From a virus (taxonomy: Duplodnaviria > Caudoviricetes): 64,000 bases of DNA. This document shows, piece by piece, positions 54,357 through 63,168 of this stretch (position 1 is the first letter of the stretch; each line of letters opens with the position of its first letter). The stretch is from positions 1 through 64,000 of the IMG/VR virus record IMGVR_UViG_3300033074_001883. The stretch is one strand, 5' to 3'. Made by a program: the position numbers and the translations under genes. The notes under the pieces were generated by a model. It was not told the origin of the DNA, did not search any database, and was given only the letters and a program-made list of their open reading frames with translations.

Positions 54357-54830
54357 TCAGCGCTTCGGTTGCTTCTGCTTCGAGAGAATCTGCGCGTCGT
54401 GGATGGCGCGGGTCGTGTCCTGCCGGAGTTCGTACTCCATCGTCTCCAGCTTCGCGGTGACGGAGCCGAGCACCTCCTTGACGGAGTCCCGGTAGAACGC
54501 GGCCTGCTTCTCGATGCGGTCGTCGAACGCTTCACGCGTCGAGGAGAGCGAGCCGAGGGAGGCGTCGAGCTTCTCCTTGAGGTACCGCTGCTCGTTGGCG
54601 AGGGCGCTGATGGAGCCGTCCAGCTTGGTGAGGCTGGCGACGAGCGCCTCACGCTGAGACTGAAGCTCCTCGACGTCTTCACGCAGCGAGGCGAGCTTCT
54701 CGTCTTCGAGTTGAATCTTCCGCGCGTTGAGCCACTTCACGAAGGTGGCTCCGCCTTGGAAGACTTCCTTCACGACGAGCCCGCCGACCGCGACGTAGAT
54801 GGGTGTGAGGGCTGCGTCGACGTCAGCCAT
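54357..54830 (-). CDS. Membrane-anchored coiled-coil protein
   Basis: N-terminal hydrophobic segment followed by a long heptad region. Confidence 0.6.
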   Translation of the reverse strand: MADVDAALTPIYVAVGGLVVKEVFQGGATFVKWLNARKIQLEDEKLASLREDVEELQSQREALVASLTKLDGSISALANEQRYLKEKLDASLGSLSSTREAFDDRIEKQAAFYRDSVKEVLGSVTAKLETMEYELRQDTTRAIHDAQILSKQKQPKR

Positions 54831-55164
54831 GCTTGTCGGGCTCCGGAGGCATCGGCGGAGTCGGGGCGGCTTCCTTGGGGGCCTCGGCGTGCACGGAGGT
54901 GGCGATGCGTTCGAGGATGCGGAGCATCTGACGCTGCTCGCCCTGCATGCTCATCATGAGCTTCTCACCCCGGATGGTGCGCTCGTCGATGCCCTTGACG
55001 ACGCTCCGCAACAGCGACACTTCGTCGTCGAGGCGCTTCACCGTGACTCCAATCCCGGTCATGCCGAGTTCGAGGATGGTCACTCGCTTGTCGAGATGAG
55101 CGAGGACACGAGACACAGAGTTCGGCTTGGGAGACGGCTTCTTCTTCGATTGTCGAGGGGCCAT
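54823..55164 (-). CDS. Coiled-coil hypothetical protein
   Basis: From ATG 55164 (MAPRQSKKK...), heptad pattern. Confidence 0.55.
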   Translation of the reverse strand: MAPRQSKKKPSPKPNSVSRVLAHLDKRVTILELGMTGIGVTVKRLDDEVSLLRSVVKGIDERTIRGEKLMMSMQGEQRQMLRILERIATSVHAEAPKEAAPTPPMPPEPDKHG

Positions 55165-55208
55165 GTCTGGCGGCAGGGTACACGGCAACCGGCCAGATGG
55201 CCAGTGCT

Positions 55209-55478
55209 TCAGCGGGGTCGGTTGCCCCGGTAGCACGGGAGCCGTGCCGCCATGCTGAAGCCGAAGCGTCCCTGCGACTTGGGGAACGGCTTCCGCTTCA
55301 TCGGCCACGGCGGCACGGAGGTCTTCTTCGGCGGAACGAACTCCTCGGGCCAGATGAGGGGATCAGTCGATGTGACGGTGGAGTGGTCTTCGTAGGAGTG
55401 GAAGACCACCACCACCGTCGCGGAGGTGGTGGAGGGACGGAGCGTGACGATGGGGTACGGCCTGTCGAAGACGGTCAA
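55209..55478 (-). CDS. Hypothetical protein
   Basis: Possible TTG start overlapping the upstream TGA; uncertain. Confidence 0.3.
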   Translation of the reverse strand: MTVFDRPYPIVTLRPSTTSATVVVVFHSYEDHSTVTSTDPLIWPEEFVPPKKTSVPPWPMKRKPFPKSQGRFGFSMAARLPCYRGNRPR

Positions 55479-55651
55479 GCCCAGAGCCCGGGGATGGGAC
55501 TGATGGGCTCCGCCTTGAAGGGCAACTCCTCGCCCGGGCGCTTGGCCGCGTTGGTGAGGTCGCTCCCGTGGCGGAAGCAGAATACGGCGAACGAACCGTT
55601 GGGGTAGCTCACGAGACCGACTGCGAGGCACGAGCACTTTGAGCACTTCAT
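55475..55651 (-). CDS. Small Cys/His (zinc-binding-like) protein
   Basis: SD GGAGG; MKCSKCSCLAV...FCFRH, 58 aa, read manually. Confidence 0.55.
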   Translation of the reverse strand: MKCSKCSCLAVGLVSYPNGSFAVFCFRHGSDLTNAAKRPGEELPFKAEPISPIPGLWA

Positions 55652-55693
55652 GGGTACGACCTCCTTTCAACGACGTGACGCATCGACTGTAGG

Positions 55694-55918
55694 TTACTGA
55701 CCGGTGTGCGTCAACTTCTCTGCGAGGTCGGCGAGGAGGTACGACTGCGCCTGCAAGTAGCCGCGTCGGGAGCGAGCGCTCAGGTTGAGCGTACCAGCGA
55801 GACCGATCGCGCCTTGCACCGTCGACGCATCGACCTCGGCGACGTACCACTCGTTGTCGCGCCAGAAGCGGAACCAGAGACGTTGGACCTGCGAGTCGTG
55901 CGTGATGATGGGTTTCAT
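55694..55918 (-). CDS. Hypothetical protein
   Basis: 74 aa, ATGA overlap with the upstream gene. Confidence 0.55.
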   Translation of the reverse strand: MKPIITHDSQVQRLWFRFWRDNEWYVAEVDASTVQGAIGLAGTLNLSARSRRGYLQAQSYLLADLAEKLTHTGQ

Positions 55919-56493
55919 TCGACGATGTCCTTCCCAAGCAAGAGGAGCGAGGCGGCGCGGAGAACGGAGAGGCGCTTCCCCGGCTTCACCGGGCGGAGGG
56001 CTTCAAGGACACGCTGCGCAATCTGGAGTTCGAGGAGCGACTTGTCGATGGGGTCGTTGGTGTTGTGGTTACCAGCGAGCCGGGCCTTCTCGCGTTGGAG
56101 GCTGGAGAGTTCGGATTGCTTCAACTCGTAGTAGTCGCGGTTGTTGTCGAGACGGGTCGGGTCGTACGCGATGCCTGCCGCCGAGAGTGCTCGCTTGAGT
56201 GCGTCGAGCGGCGTCTCGTAGCGGACCTCGGTGCGCGCGAGCTTCTTCTTCATCGACTCGGCGTAGTCGCGGTTGTGGAAAAGCTGCTCCGGGTTGAACG
56301 GGATGTGTGCCGCGCAGAGACCTCGATGGAGTGAGCCGAGTTCGTCCGAGGCGCTCTTGTAGGCGTACTTGATGTGCGACGGGTGGCAGACGACATAGCC
56401 GTTCTCGTGGGGGATGAGCGTGCACTCGTTGGCGCGCTCCTCCTCCGTGAGTTCGGCGGTGGAATTGACGACGCGGTCGAAGACGATGGGCAT
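55915..56493 (-). CDS. Hypothetical protein
   Basis: 192 aa with AAGGAG SD. Confidence 0.65.
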   Translation of the reverse strand: MPIVFDRVVNSTAELTEEERANECTLIPHENGYVVCHPSHIKYAYKSASDELGSLHRGLCAAHIPFNPEQLFHNRDYAESMKKKLARTEVRYETPLDALKRALSAAGIAYDPTRLDNNRDYYELKQSELSSLQREKARLAGNHNTNDPIDKSLLELQIAQRVLEALRPVKPGKRLSVLRAASLLLLGKDIVE

Positions 56494-56598
56494 GGGGACG
56501 ACTCCTTCAGGAAGGGCCCTAGACGGGCCGTGGTTGAACGAACGACGGGAAAGGCGGCTCCCGGGCCGGTGAGCCCGGGGAAACGGCGTGGTGGGGCT

Positions 56599-57168
56599 TC
56601 AGCGGCCGAGGACGATGCCGAGGAGGCGACGGAGGACGTTCCGCATCGAACCCGAGGATTCGGGCATGTCATCATGGGCTGGCGGGCCAAGCATCAGGCG
56701 GTACGTCGCTGCGCGGTCGTTGGGGTGGTGGTGGTGCTGAATCGAATTGGTGGGAAACGCGCAGTCGTAGCAACCGTCGGCTTGAAGGATCGCGTCGAGC
56801 CGGAGTAGCTCTTTCTTGTCGTCGAGGCTTACGCCCTTGCCTTCGAGGAAATCGTTAAGCACGAGGCGGAGTTCGTCTCGCTCCTTCGCGAGCGCGCGGA
56901 TGTTCGCTGCCAACTGGCTCGGTACTTTGAGGTAACCCTCCAACGGAGTCGCGATGCCCGTGCCCGCCATGGCGGCGAGCGCGGTGTCCGCCAAGTCGGG
57001 GGTGACATACGCACGGTCGCGCCAGCCCAAGACGCACTTGACGTGATGAGGGACCGGGCGGCCGGGGTTGTTCGGGCGCGGGAGCCCGATGGGCCACTCG
57101 CCGGGGTTTCCGGCGTAGCTGCTCGTCGGTCCGCCGCACTCCGCGCAGAGACCGTCGACCGACCTCAT
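56599..57168 (-). CDS. Hypothetical protein with CxxC motifs
   Basis: CAECGG...HHVKC and CYDC; ATGA overlap. Confidence 0.55.
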   Translation of the reverse strand: MRSVDGLCAECGGPTSSYAGNPGEWPIGLPRPNNPGRPVPHHVKCVLGWRDRAYVTPDLADTALAAMAGTGIATPLEGYLKVPSQLAANIRALAKERDELRLVLNDFLEGKGVSLDDKKELLRLDAILQADGCYDCAFPTNSIQHHHHPNDRAATYRLMLGPPAHDDMPESSGSMRNVLRRLLGIVLGR

Positions 57169-57674
57169 GACGTGCCTCTGATGAGGGCGAGCAACTCGCT
57201 CGCAAAGGTCGCCGTCGCGATGTCGACGAAGCGGGCCTGCCCGGGAAGGCGTAGCTCCAGTTGATAGATGACCTTCTGGAGTCTGTCGTTGAGAGTCGCC
57301 ATGTCGCGCTCCAGAGCAGACGTCATATCGACGTTGAGGCGCGTGAGGTCGACCTTGGATGCGTCGACGCGAATGGGAACGGGTTGCTTCACGTAAGCAG
57401 AGAGCCGCGCCGTGAGTTCCCTTGCCTCCGCTCTGAGTGCCTCGTACTGGTCCTTGAGCCTGTCGTAGCGACCGCGCTCGTAGTCGCGCTCCTTGACCGT
57501 GAGGCTGTAGAAGGCCTCGCGCACCTCTTGCTCCGCTCGGAGCCCGTAGATGTAGGCGACGACCTGACGGTAGTCCTCGCGCGTCGTCTGAGGCCCCATC
57601 CGGTTCTCGGCTGCCGCGTCGAGGTTATTCACGGCGTCCTGCACTTCCTTGGGAATCGGCTCTTGCTTATTCAT
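57165..57674 (-). CDS. Coiled-coil hypothetical protein
   Basis: From ATG 57674 (MNKQEPIP), SD GAGGAG. Confidence 0.6.
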   Translation of the reverse strand: MNKQEPIPKEVQDAVNNLDAAAENRMGPQTTREDYRQVVAYIYGLRAEQEVREAFYSLTVKERDYERGRYDRLKDQYEALRAEARELTARLSAYVKQPVPIRVDASKVDLTRLNVDMTSALERDMATLNDRLQKVIYQLELRLPGQARFVDIATATFASELLALIRGTS

Positions 57675-57888
57675 CGAACTTCTCCTCGAAGTGGCCCATG
57701 ACGGTCTGCAAGAGGTGGTCGAAGTCGCCGGACTTGGCTTTCTTCGCGAAAGCCTCGATGCGCTCGGGGCTCCACCCGGCTTGCTTGGCTGCCCTGCGGC
57801 ACTTCGCGAGGATGACGAATGCGTTGCCCTCTTCGTAGAGGCGGAAGACGGGGATGAGCGGCTCGGGCTTCGGCTTGCGGGCTCCCAT
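57667..57888 (-). CDS. Conserved small phage protein
   Basis: GNAFVIL..CRRAAKQAGWS.E.I.AF...A.SGDFDHLLQT, a pattern common in phage small proteins. Confidence 0.7.
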   Translation of the reverse strand: MGARKPKPEPLIPVFRLYEEGNAFVILAKCRRAAKQAGWSPERIEAFAKKAKSGDFDHLLQTVMGHFEEKFDE

Positions 57889-57889
57889 G

Positions 57890-58222
57890 TTAGTGAGTCC
57901 CTTCGATGATGACCTTCTTCTGCTGCGCCTCGTCCCGCTTCACCTCCTCGTCGACCTTCTTGGAGACGCTGTCCGCGATGGCGTGGCACGCCTCGATGAG
58001 CGGCTTGACGAGCGTCTCGGAGTTGGCTGCGGGACCGAGGACGTCGCGGATGGTCATGATGCCGAGTTGAGCACCGAGGATGAAGCCGCCGACCTCTTCG
58101 AGGAGGGCGCTGAGTTGCTCAGGCGAGGGCGGTCCTTCGACGCGGACGTTGATGGCCTCGAACGCCTTGTTGAAGTTCCGGATGATGTTATCGGTCTTGG
58201 CTTGGATGTTGATGGTCTTCAT
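57890..58222 (-). CDS. Hypothetical protein
   Basis: From ATG 58222 with GGAGG SD. Confidence 0.6.
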   Translation of the reverse strand: MKTINIQAKTDNIIRNFNKAFEAINVRVEGPPSPEQLSALLEEVGGFILGAQLGIMTIRDVLGPAANSETLVKPLIEACHAIADSVSKKVDEEVKRDEAQQKKVIIEGTH

Positions 58223-58258
58223 GTGGGCTGCCTCCGTTCCCGTGATTGGGAGGCGAGC

Positions 58259-58288
58259 ATCATTCGCCGACGCGAGAAGTTGTGTCAA
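58259..58288 (-). promoter_or_regulatory. Candidate sigma70-type promoter
   Basis: TTGACA-N18-AATGAT in the intergenic gap upstream of ATG 58222. Confidence 0.45.
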
Positions 58289-58309
58289 GAACCTTTCGAC
58301 GCGCTCTCG

Positions 58310-58948
58310 TTAACCTTCTTCAAGTCGGCGTTGGTGACGTTGCACCCAGCGGACGTAGTCGATGAGTTCGAGGTGTGGCTTACCGTCTGATGCGTTGGGG
58401 TGCTCGAAGATGTTCATCGGCCGGTAGTCGTAGTCGGCAGGCACGCCGTTGCCGGTGAGCGGCTTCCCGTCGACGCCGAGCGGGATGCGTTGGTTCCACC
58501 ACGTGTCGTTGACGCTGGTCGCGTCGATGCCGACGCCGAGGAGGCCGGGATGGTAGCGAAGGTCGTCGAGGTGGTCGGCCATCTGAAGCGTTGTGGAGGC
58601 GATGCCTTGGGGACCGAGGTGCGTCGTGTAGAGCCATCGAAGCGCCTCGGCGAGTGGAGCGAATCCATCACGCCTCACCCAGACGCGGTCGAAGGTCGCG
58701 GCGAGCAGGAGCCGCAACCGTTCGTCGAGGCGGTCGCCGTACGCCTCGGCGCAGATGAGGTCGAGTTCGGGGGACACGCCCGTCGCCGCTGACCACGTGC
58801 GCATCCACGCTTTGTTGAGCCCGCACGCGAGGGCCACCGTGTCCCAGATGGCAGGCGCGAAGCCCCATGAGTTGTGTGCTTCCCGTCGCCTCGGAAAGTT
58901 GGCGACCCATCCGTCCTCGTTAATCAACCGCAGTGTCACGCGACTCAT
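58310..58948 (-). CDS. Hypothetical protein
   Basis: About 212 aa from ATG 58948; NSWGFAP.IW...L..TFD..W pattern. Confidence 0.6.
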   Translation of the reverse strand: MSRVTLRLINEDGWVANFPRRREAHNSWGFAPAIWDTVALACGLNKAWMRTWSAATGVSPELDLICAEAYGDRLDERLRLLLAATFDRVWVRRDGFAPLAEALRWLYTTHLGPQGIASTTLQMADHLDDLRYHPGLLGVGIDATSVNDTWWNQRIPLGVDGKPLTGNGVPADYDYRPMNIFEHPNASDGKPHLELIDYVRWVQRHQRRLEEG

Positions 58949-59033
58949 CGAATGCTCCACGCTAACCTCACCGTGATTGGTGAAGAGCCCGAGCCTTGGC
59001 CGAAGAGGCTCCGTTCGTCAAGCGTTCGTTAAC

Positions 59034-59522
59034 CTAGAGCCACGCGTGGTACTCGTCGACGGCTGCGTTGTAGCCGCGTTCGGCCCAGTGCGCGTGGTCC
59101 TTCTGGTTCACGGGTTGAGGGCCGTGGACGAGGGTCTCGTGCCGGTGCGCGAGTTCATGGCAGAGCGCGGCGAAGTCACGGCCGACGACGATGTTCCGGT
59201 CGTTCTGGAGACCGGCGACACGACGACCCCAGTCGTCGGTCCATTCGTTCTCGGGCATGACGAAGATGCGCACGTCGGCGAGGAGGACTCTGGCTCTGAC
59301 GACCGTAGCGACGCGGTAGTCGAGGGAGATGAGCGCACGCGCGAAGGCCGCTTCGAGGCGATGCGCGTCGACCTCGTGACCGTAGCCGTGGAAGGTGACC
59401 TTTGGGTAACCAACCAGTGGCGTCATCTTCGGTTGAGCGAGGAGCCATCGGATGCCAATGGACGCGAGGCCTCCCACGATGAGGGTGAGGACGATGAGGA
59501 CGACGACAGTGGATGCGGACAT
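59034..59522 (-). CDS. Membrane-anchored HExxH (zincin-like) protein
   Basis: N-terminal TM (VVVLIVLTLIVGGLASIGI), ALCHELAHRHE, later H. Confidence 0.55.
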   Translation of the reverse strand: MSASTVVVLIVLTLIVGGLASIGIRWLLAQPKMTPLVGYPKVTFHGYGHEVDAHRLEAAFARALISLDYRVATVVRARVLLADVRIFVMPENEWTDDWGRRVAGLQNDRNIVVGRDFAALCHELAHRHETLVHGPQPVNQKDHAHWAERGYNAAVDEYHAWL

Positions 59523-59549
59523 TCGTTTCTCCTTGTGGACCTACGTTAA

Positions 59550-59626
59550 GCAGTAAAAAATCGAGCCCGTTGTGTCACGACCGTTCTCGGTGTGGTGCAG
59601 TAAAAATTCGAGGTCGGGTGTCACGA
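59550..59626. repeat. Imperfect 30-31 bp direct repeat (operator/iteron-like)
   Basis: GCAGTAAAAAATCGAGCCCGTTGTGTCACGA (59550-59580) and GCAGTAAAAATTCGAGGTCGGGTGTCACGA (59597-59626). Confidence 0.7.
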
Positions 59627-59661
59627 TTGGCGAACCCGGTAGCACCCTATGTGTGACCCCC

Positions 59662-60102
59662 TCATCCTGTAACAAGCACCCCTTCATGCACCGTGCCACT
59701 CGCGGCCGTGCGTTCACGCACCACGTCACGCCATTGCGCCAACAGCCATGCCACGTGCTTAGCGTCGCGGTGCCATGGCCCATGGTTGGGCGGGTCGCCT
59801 GCCGTGTAGCCGTGCGCCTGCGAGAGCATGGCGCGGAGGCGGTCGACCGTGATGCTCTCCACCGGCTGGCCTTCGAAGACGCGCATGCATTCACGCCATG
59901 CCTCGTGCGTGTGGCGCGTCCACGCCATGCGGCCTACGTACAGCGAGGCCGGTGGCGTGCGCATCCACGTCCATGCGTGCGGGTCGACCGCGTAGGCGAT
60001 GGGCTCGTTGTACGCGAGGCGGTTCACCCCAGTGATGCGCTCGTCGCCCACCGTGACGGTCACCGTTCCGGGTGCGTAGGCCTTGCGCTCGTTGGCGCTC
60101 AC
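59662..60102 (-). CDS. Hypothetical protein
   Basis: 146 aa, GTGA overlap with the upstream gene. Confidence 0.5.
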   Translation of the reverse strand: MSANERKAYAPGTVTVTVGDERITGVNRLAYNEPIAYAVDPHAWTWMRTPPASLYVGRMAWTRHTHEAWRECMRVFEGQPVESITVDRLRAMLSQAHGYTAGDPPNHGPWHRDAKHVAWLLAQWRDVVRERTAASGTVHEGVLVTG

Positions 60103-60308
60103 GTGCCCTCCGTGTGCTTAACGAGCGGTACACGAGTGCCGTCGTGACGCCTGCGCATGCCGGTGGCCTCTTCGAGGAGGATGCGCGCCACGGTGTCGCG
60201 CTTGATGCCCAATCGAGCGGCCAACTGGGGTGTCGTGAGGCTCGGGTCCTTGGCCCGGAGGGCGATGATGGTGGCCCGTTGCAGGGCGATGCGTTCCTTG
60301 CGTTGCAT
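60099..60308 (-). CDS. HTH DNA-binding protein
   Basis: LTTPQLAARLGIKRDTVARIL; SD GAGGA. Confidence 0.7.
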   Translation of the reverse strand: MQRKERIALQRATIIALRAKDPSLTTPQLAARLGIKRDTVARILLEEATGMRRRHDGTRVPLVKHTEGT

Positions 60309-60579
60309 GTGGTCCTCGCTGGTGGTGCGTCGTGGTGCTTAATCAAACGTCGAAAATGAGGGTCAAGCTGCCAAAACGATGACGAATTGCGAACCCGGAC
60401 CCGAAATCGGGGTGTTTCGGCCTCTTCGGCGTGCTTCCGGGTGTCGGGCGCGTGTTGGCGTGCCTTTGGGACGGCTCCGAGGGCCTAGGAGGGCTTGTGG
60501 GGTGTTTTCGGGCCTTCGGTGGGGCTCCCGGAGGGTTCCGGGCATGAAAACGGCTCCACGGGCCTCCTAGGCGGCTTCC

Positions 60580-60954
60580 CTAGGTGTCTTCGGGCTCCCT
60601 CGTGTGGCCTTTGAGCCTTGGGGTGAGCCTTTCGGGACTCTTCACGTGGTGGGGTGGCTCTTGTGGGGTGTGCCCCGGGGGATGAATCCCCCGGACCCCC
60701 TCTTTGCGCATGACGTGGGTCACCGTGCATCGCCCACCCGTCTGCCTCGTGTGCATGGTGCCCTCGCGGACGGTATCGCGGCAATGCGGGCACCGGTCGA
60801 GAGGGCCTTCGATGTGGTTAGCCTTCGGTGGGTGCACGGGCCGGAGTTCCACGATGGTGCACCTCCCGCCCCCGTAGAACACGTGGGCAAATCGGTCAGT
60901 CACCTTCTCTCCGCAATTGGGGCACGTGTGCGCCCCTTCGATGCTTAACGTCAT
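60580..60954 (-). CDS. Protein with two tandem CxxC-H-C zinc-finger-like repeats
   Basis: SD AAGGAG; IEGAHTCPNC...H...GGRCT and IEGPLDRCPHC...H...GGRCT. Confidence 0.55.
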   Translation of the reverse strand: MTLSIEGAHTCPNCGEKVTDRFAHVFYGGGRCTIVELRPVHPPKANHIEGPLDRCPHCRDTVREGTMHTRQTGGRCTVTHVMRKEGVRGIHPPGHTPQEPPHHVKSPERLTPRLKGHTREPEDT

Positions 60955-61095
60955 GGCGTCTCCTTGAGTGTGGCAATCCAACGGTCAATGGCCACGAGGC
61001 GCGGCCCATCCGTCCAACGCGGCGCATACCCACGGCTCCGCTTGAACCTCGCGGGCCCGTAGGGTTGACGCTGGAGAGGCGCTTCTACTTGGTCT

Positions 61096-61434
61096 TCACG
61101 GGTGTGGGCGTGGGCGTCGCTTTGCCTTCACCGCGACGCGGTCGCCGTTGATGTCGAACCAGAGCTTCGAGTGGTCGACCGTGTAGGACACCTCCGGGTA
61201 GCGCGCGTTCGCGAGCGCCACCTCTTCCGCGTTGCCGGTCACCGAGCCGTACTCCTTGAGGTGACGCTCCGTGATGGTGGCCCCGAGCGCACGTGCCGCC
61301 GCAGCCCTACTCTTGGCGGCTACAATGGCGCGCGCTTGGCTATGAGTGAGCGCGAGCTTCTCCCGGAACGCGCTCGGCATGTGCATGGTGATGCCCCACA
61401 CGCGGAGCGCTGGGGTTGCTTTGACGGTCTTCAT
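61096..61434 (-). CDS. Hypothetical protein
   Basis: From ATG 61434 (MKTVK...), ATGA overlap. Confidence 0.55.
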   Translation of the reverse strand: MKTVKATPALRVWGITMHMPSAFREKLALTHSQARAIVAAKSRAAAARALGATITERHLKEYGSVTGNAEEVALANARYPEVSYTVDHSKLWFDINGDRVAVKAKRRPRPHP

Positions 61435-61760
61435 GGTTGCCTCCGGTGCGGCGTGAGCGACTTGCGAGCCTTCTTGTCGTACTTCGTGAAGTCGACTTCG
61501 AGGACGCCGCCGATGCGCATGTAGATGCGCATCAGGTTCCCCGTGCCCCGGAGGAGGAACTCGTGGTCGTAGTAGCCCCGGCACACGACGGTCTCCTTCT
61601 TGAGCGCCTTCTCGGTGAGCTTCTTGTGGCAGATGAAGTGCACGTCCCTCTCCCGGAGGTCCTCGACGATGTCGCGCACGCGCTCCTTGCTCACGAGCGA
61701 GTCCTTCGTCCACGGGCACCCGAAGCACGGCTTCTTGGGCATGATGAGCTGACCACTCAT
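61431..61760 (-). CDS. Cys-rich protein (DUF6283-like)
   Basis: KPCFGCPW...HFICH...VCRG, from ATG 61760. Confidence 0.55.
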   Translation of the reverse strand: MSGQLIMPKKPCFGCPWTKDSLVSKERVRDIVEDLRERDVHFICHKKLTEKALKKETVVCRGYYDHEFLLRGTGNLMRIYMRIGGVLEVDFTKYDKKARKSLTPHRRQP

Positions 61761-61762
61761 GG

Positions 61763-62125
61763 TTAGCCACCCGCCTTCTCGATGGTCGCCATGATGCGTG
61801 TGGCGTCGTCGAAGGTGATGCCCCACTTCTGCTTCTCGACGCTCCAGCCGTCCTTGTCGACGCACTTCGCGACCCACTCCGGGAAGAGGTCGTTGATGGC
61901 GCGCGTGACGACTTGGTTCACCGCGTTGTTGATGCGCTTCTTCAGGTACGAGTCCGAGGTGCTCCGCTCGTGGTCGGCGTAGGTCGCCCACGCCGCGTCG
62001 GTCATGGCGCGCACGACGCGAGCGATGCGTCGGGCCTCCTCTAGCTCGCGTGCCTTCCTCTTGCGCCTTGCCTTGTCGGCCTTCCGGCGCTTCGCGAGGT
62101 AGTCGGGGTGGTTGTAGCTGCCCAT
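61763..62125 (-). CDS. Hypothetical protein
   Basis: 120 aa with a basic N-terminus. Confidence 0.6.
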   Translation of the reverse strand: MGSYNHPDYLAKRRKADKARRKRKARELEEARRIARVVRAMTDAAWATYADHERSTSDSYLKKRINNAVNQVVTRAINDLFPEWVAKCVDKDGWSVEKQKWGITFDDATRIMATIEKAGG

Positions 62126-62126
62126 G

Positions 62127-62735
62127 TTAGCGCTCCTCCTTCGGCGTGAGGTCGAGGAGCTTCCACACGGGCATCTGCCCTACGACCTTGGGCTTCCAAA
62201 CGAACCACGCGTACTCGATGGAGTCGGTGTTGCCGTTCTTGGTGAACGAGGGCCGGTTGGGGAGCACGTAGAGGTCGGGCGGGTGCGTCGTCATGAACTC
62301 GTGCCGGTCAGCCGTGCCGATGTAGTTGAGCCGGAGGAGCATCGCGGTCACCTTGGCGTTCTCGCGCCCGTACTCGATGAACTCCATCGCTCGGCTGAAC
62401 GGAGGGTTGCCGATGCATACGTCGAAGAGCCGCCTCGCTCCGAACGTCGGGTTGTCGGTGATGGTCGCCACCTTGAAGAACCCGTTGCACTCCGCGCGCA
62501 TGCGCTTGAGGAACGGCGTCTCCCGGATGTCGAAGCCGTACCACGTCAGCTTCTTCTTGAAGGACGGGATGGCGATCTTGTTCACGGCCTTGATGATGTC
62601 GCCGTTGCCGCACCCCGGTTCCATCCATCGCCCGGCCGGGAAGGCCACCCGCTCCAGCAAGCGGTGCACGCACCACGCGGGGGTTGGGTAGTTGTCTTGT
62701 CGGTTACGCTTCTTGCCACGGTTCGTTGATGACAC
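62127..62735 (-). CDS. DNA amino-methyltransferase (N6-A/N4-C), orphan
   Basis: DNYPTP, MEPGCGNGDI (SAM binding), IGNPPFS (catalytic), MLLRLNY...R, RPSF, D...YAWFVW. Start probably GTG 62735 (AAGGAG SD); alternative 62780. Confidence 0.85.
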   Translation of the reverse strand: MSSTNRGKKRNRQDNYPTPAWCVHRLLERVAFPAGRWMEPGCGNGDIIKAVNKIAIPSFKKKLTWYGFDIRETPFLKRMRAECNGFFKVATITDNPTFGARRLFDVCIGNPPFSRAMEFIEYGRENAKVTAMLLRLNYIGTADRHEFMTTHPPDLYVLPNRPSFTKNGNTDSIEYAWFVWKPKVVGQMPVWKLLDLTPKEER

Positions 62736-62760
62736 GTTGCCACGCTCCTTGCTTCGTTGG

Positions 62761-63168
62761 TTACCACTCCGCTTCGTCACTTCGCCTCTTGAAGAGGTCG
62801 TCGAACGCGTCGCGCTCTTCGGCCTCCTCCTTCGTCTCTTGCTTAGCCTTGCGCACGGTCGGTGCCACAGGATTCGTCGTGAGCCGCTTCACCGTCTCGT
62901 CGTAGTCGGGGAGTTCTGTGATGTGCTTGAACCGGAGGTTCGCGGGGATCTTCGCCTTGTCCAGCCACACCGTGGACACGTGGTAGACTCGGAGGTTCAC
63001 GTCGCGTGTGGCATCGAAGGCGTAGTCGGCTCGTTGAAACGCGGTTGGAATGTACGCCACGCCCTTCGGTGGAGCTTCCAGTTGCACCGCGTCGGACTTC
63101 GGCATCCTCTTGGTGAAGAGTCCGACGACGTACTCGTAGGTCGTGTTGCCCGTGGCTCCAAAGCTCAT
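62761..63168 (-). CDS. Hypothetical protein
   Basis: 135 aa, SD GAGGAG. Confidence 0.6.
   Translation of the reverse strand: MSFGATGNTTYEYVVGLFTKRMPKSDAVQLEAPPKGVAYIPTAFQRADYAFDATRDVNLRVYHVSTVWLDKAKIPANLRFKHITELPDYDETVKRLTTNPVAPTVRKAKQETKEEAEERDAFDDLFKRRSDEAEW

Noticed and set aside
59550-59626. Possible mini CRISPR array
   Set aside because: Only two imperfect units, a 16-nt spacer and no cas genes.
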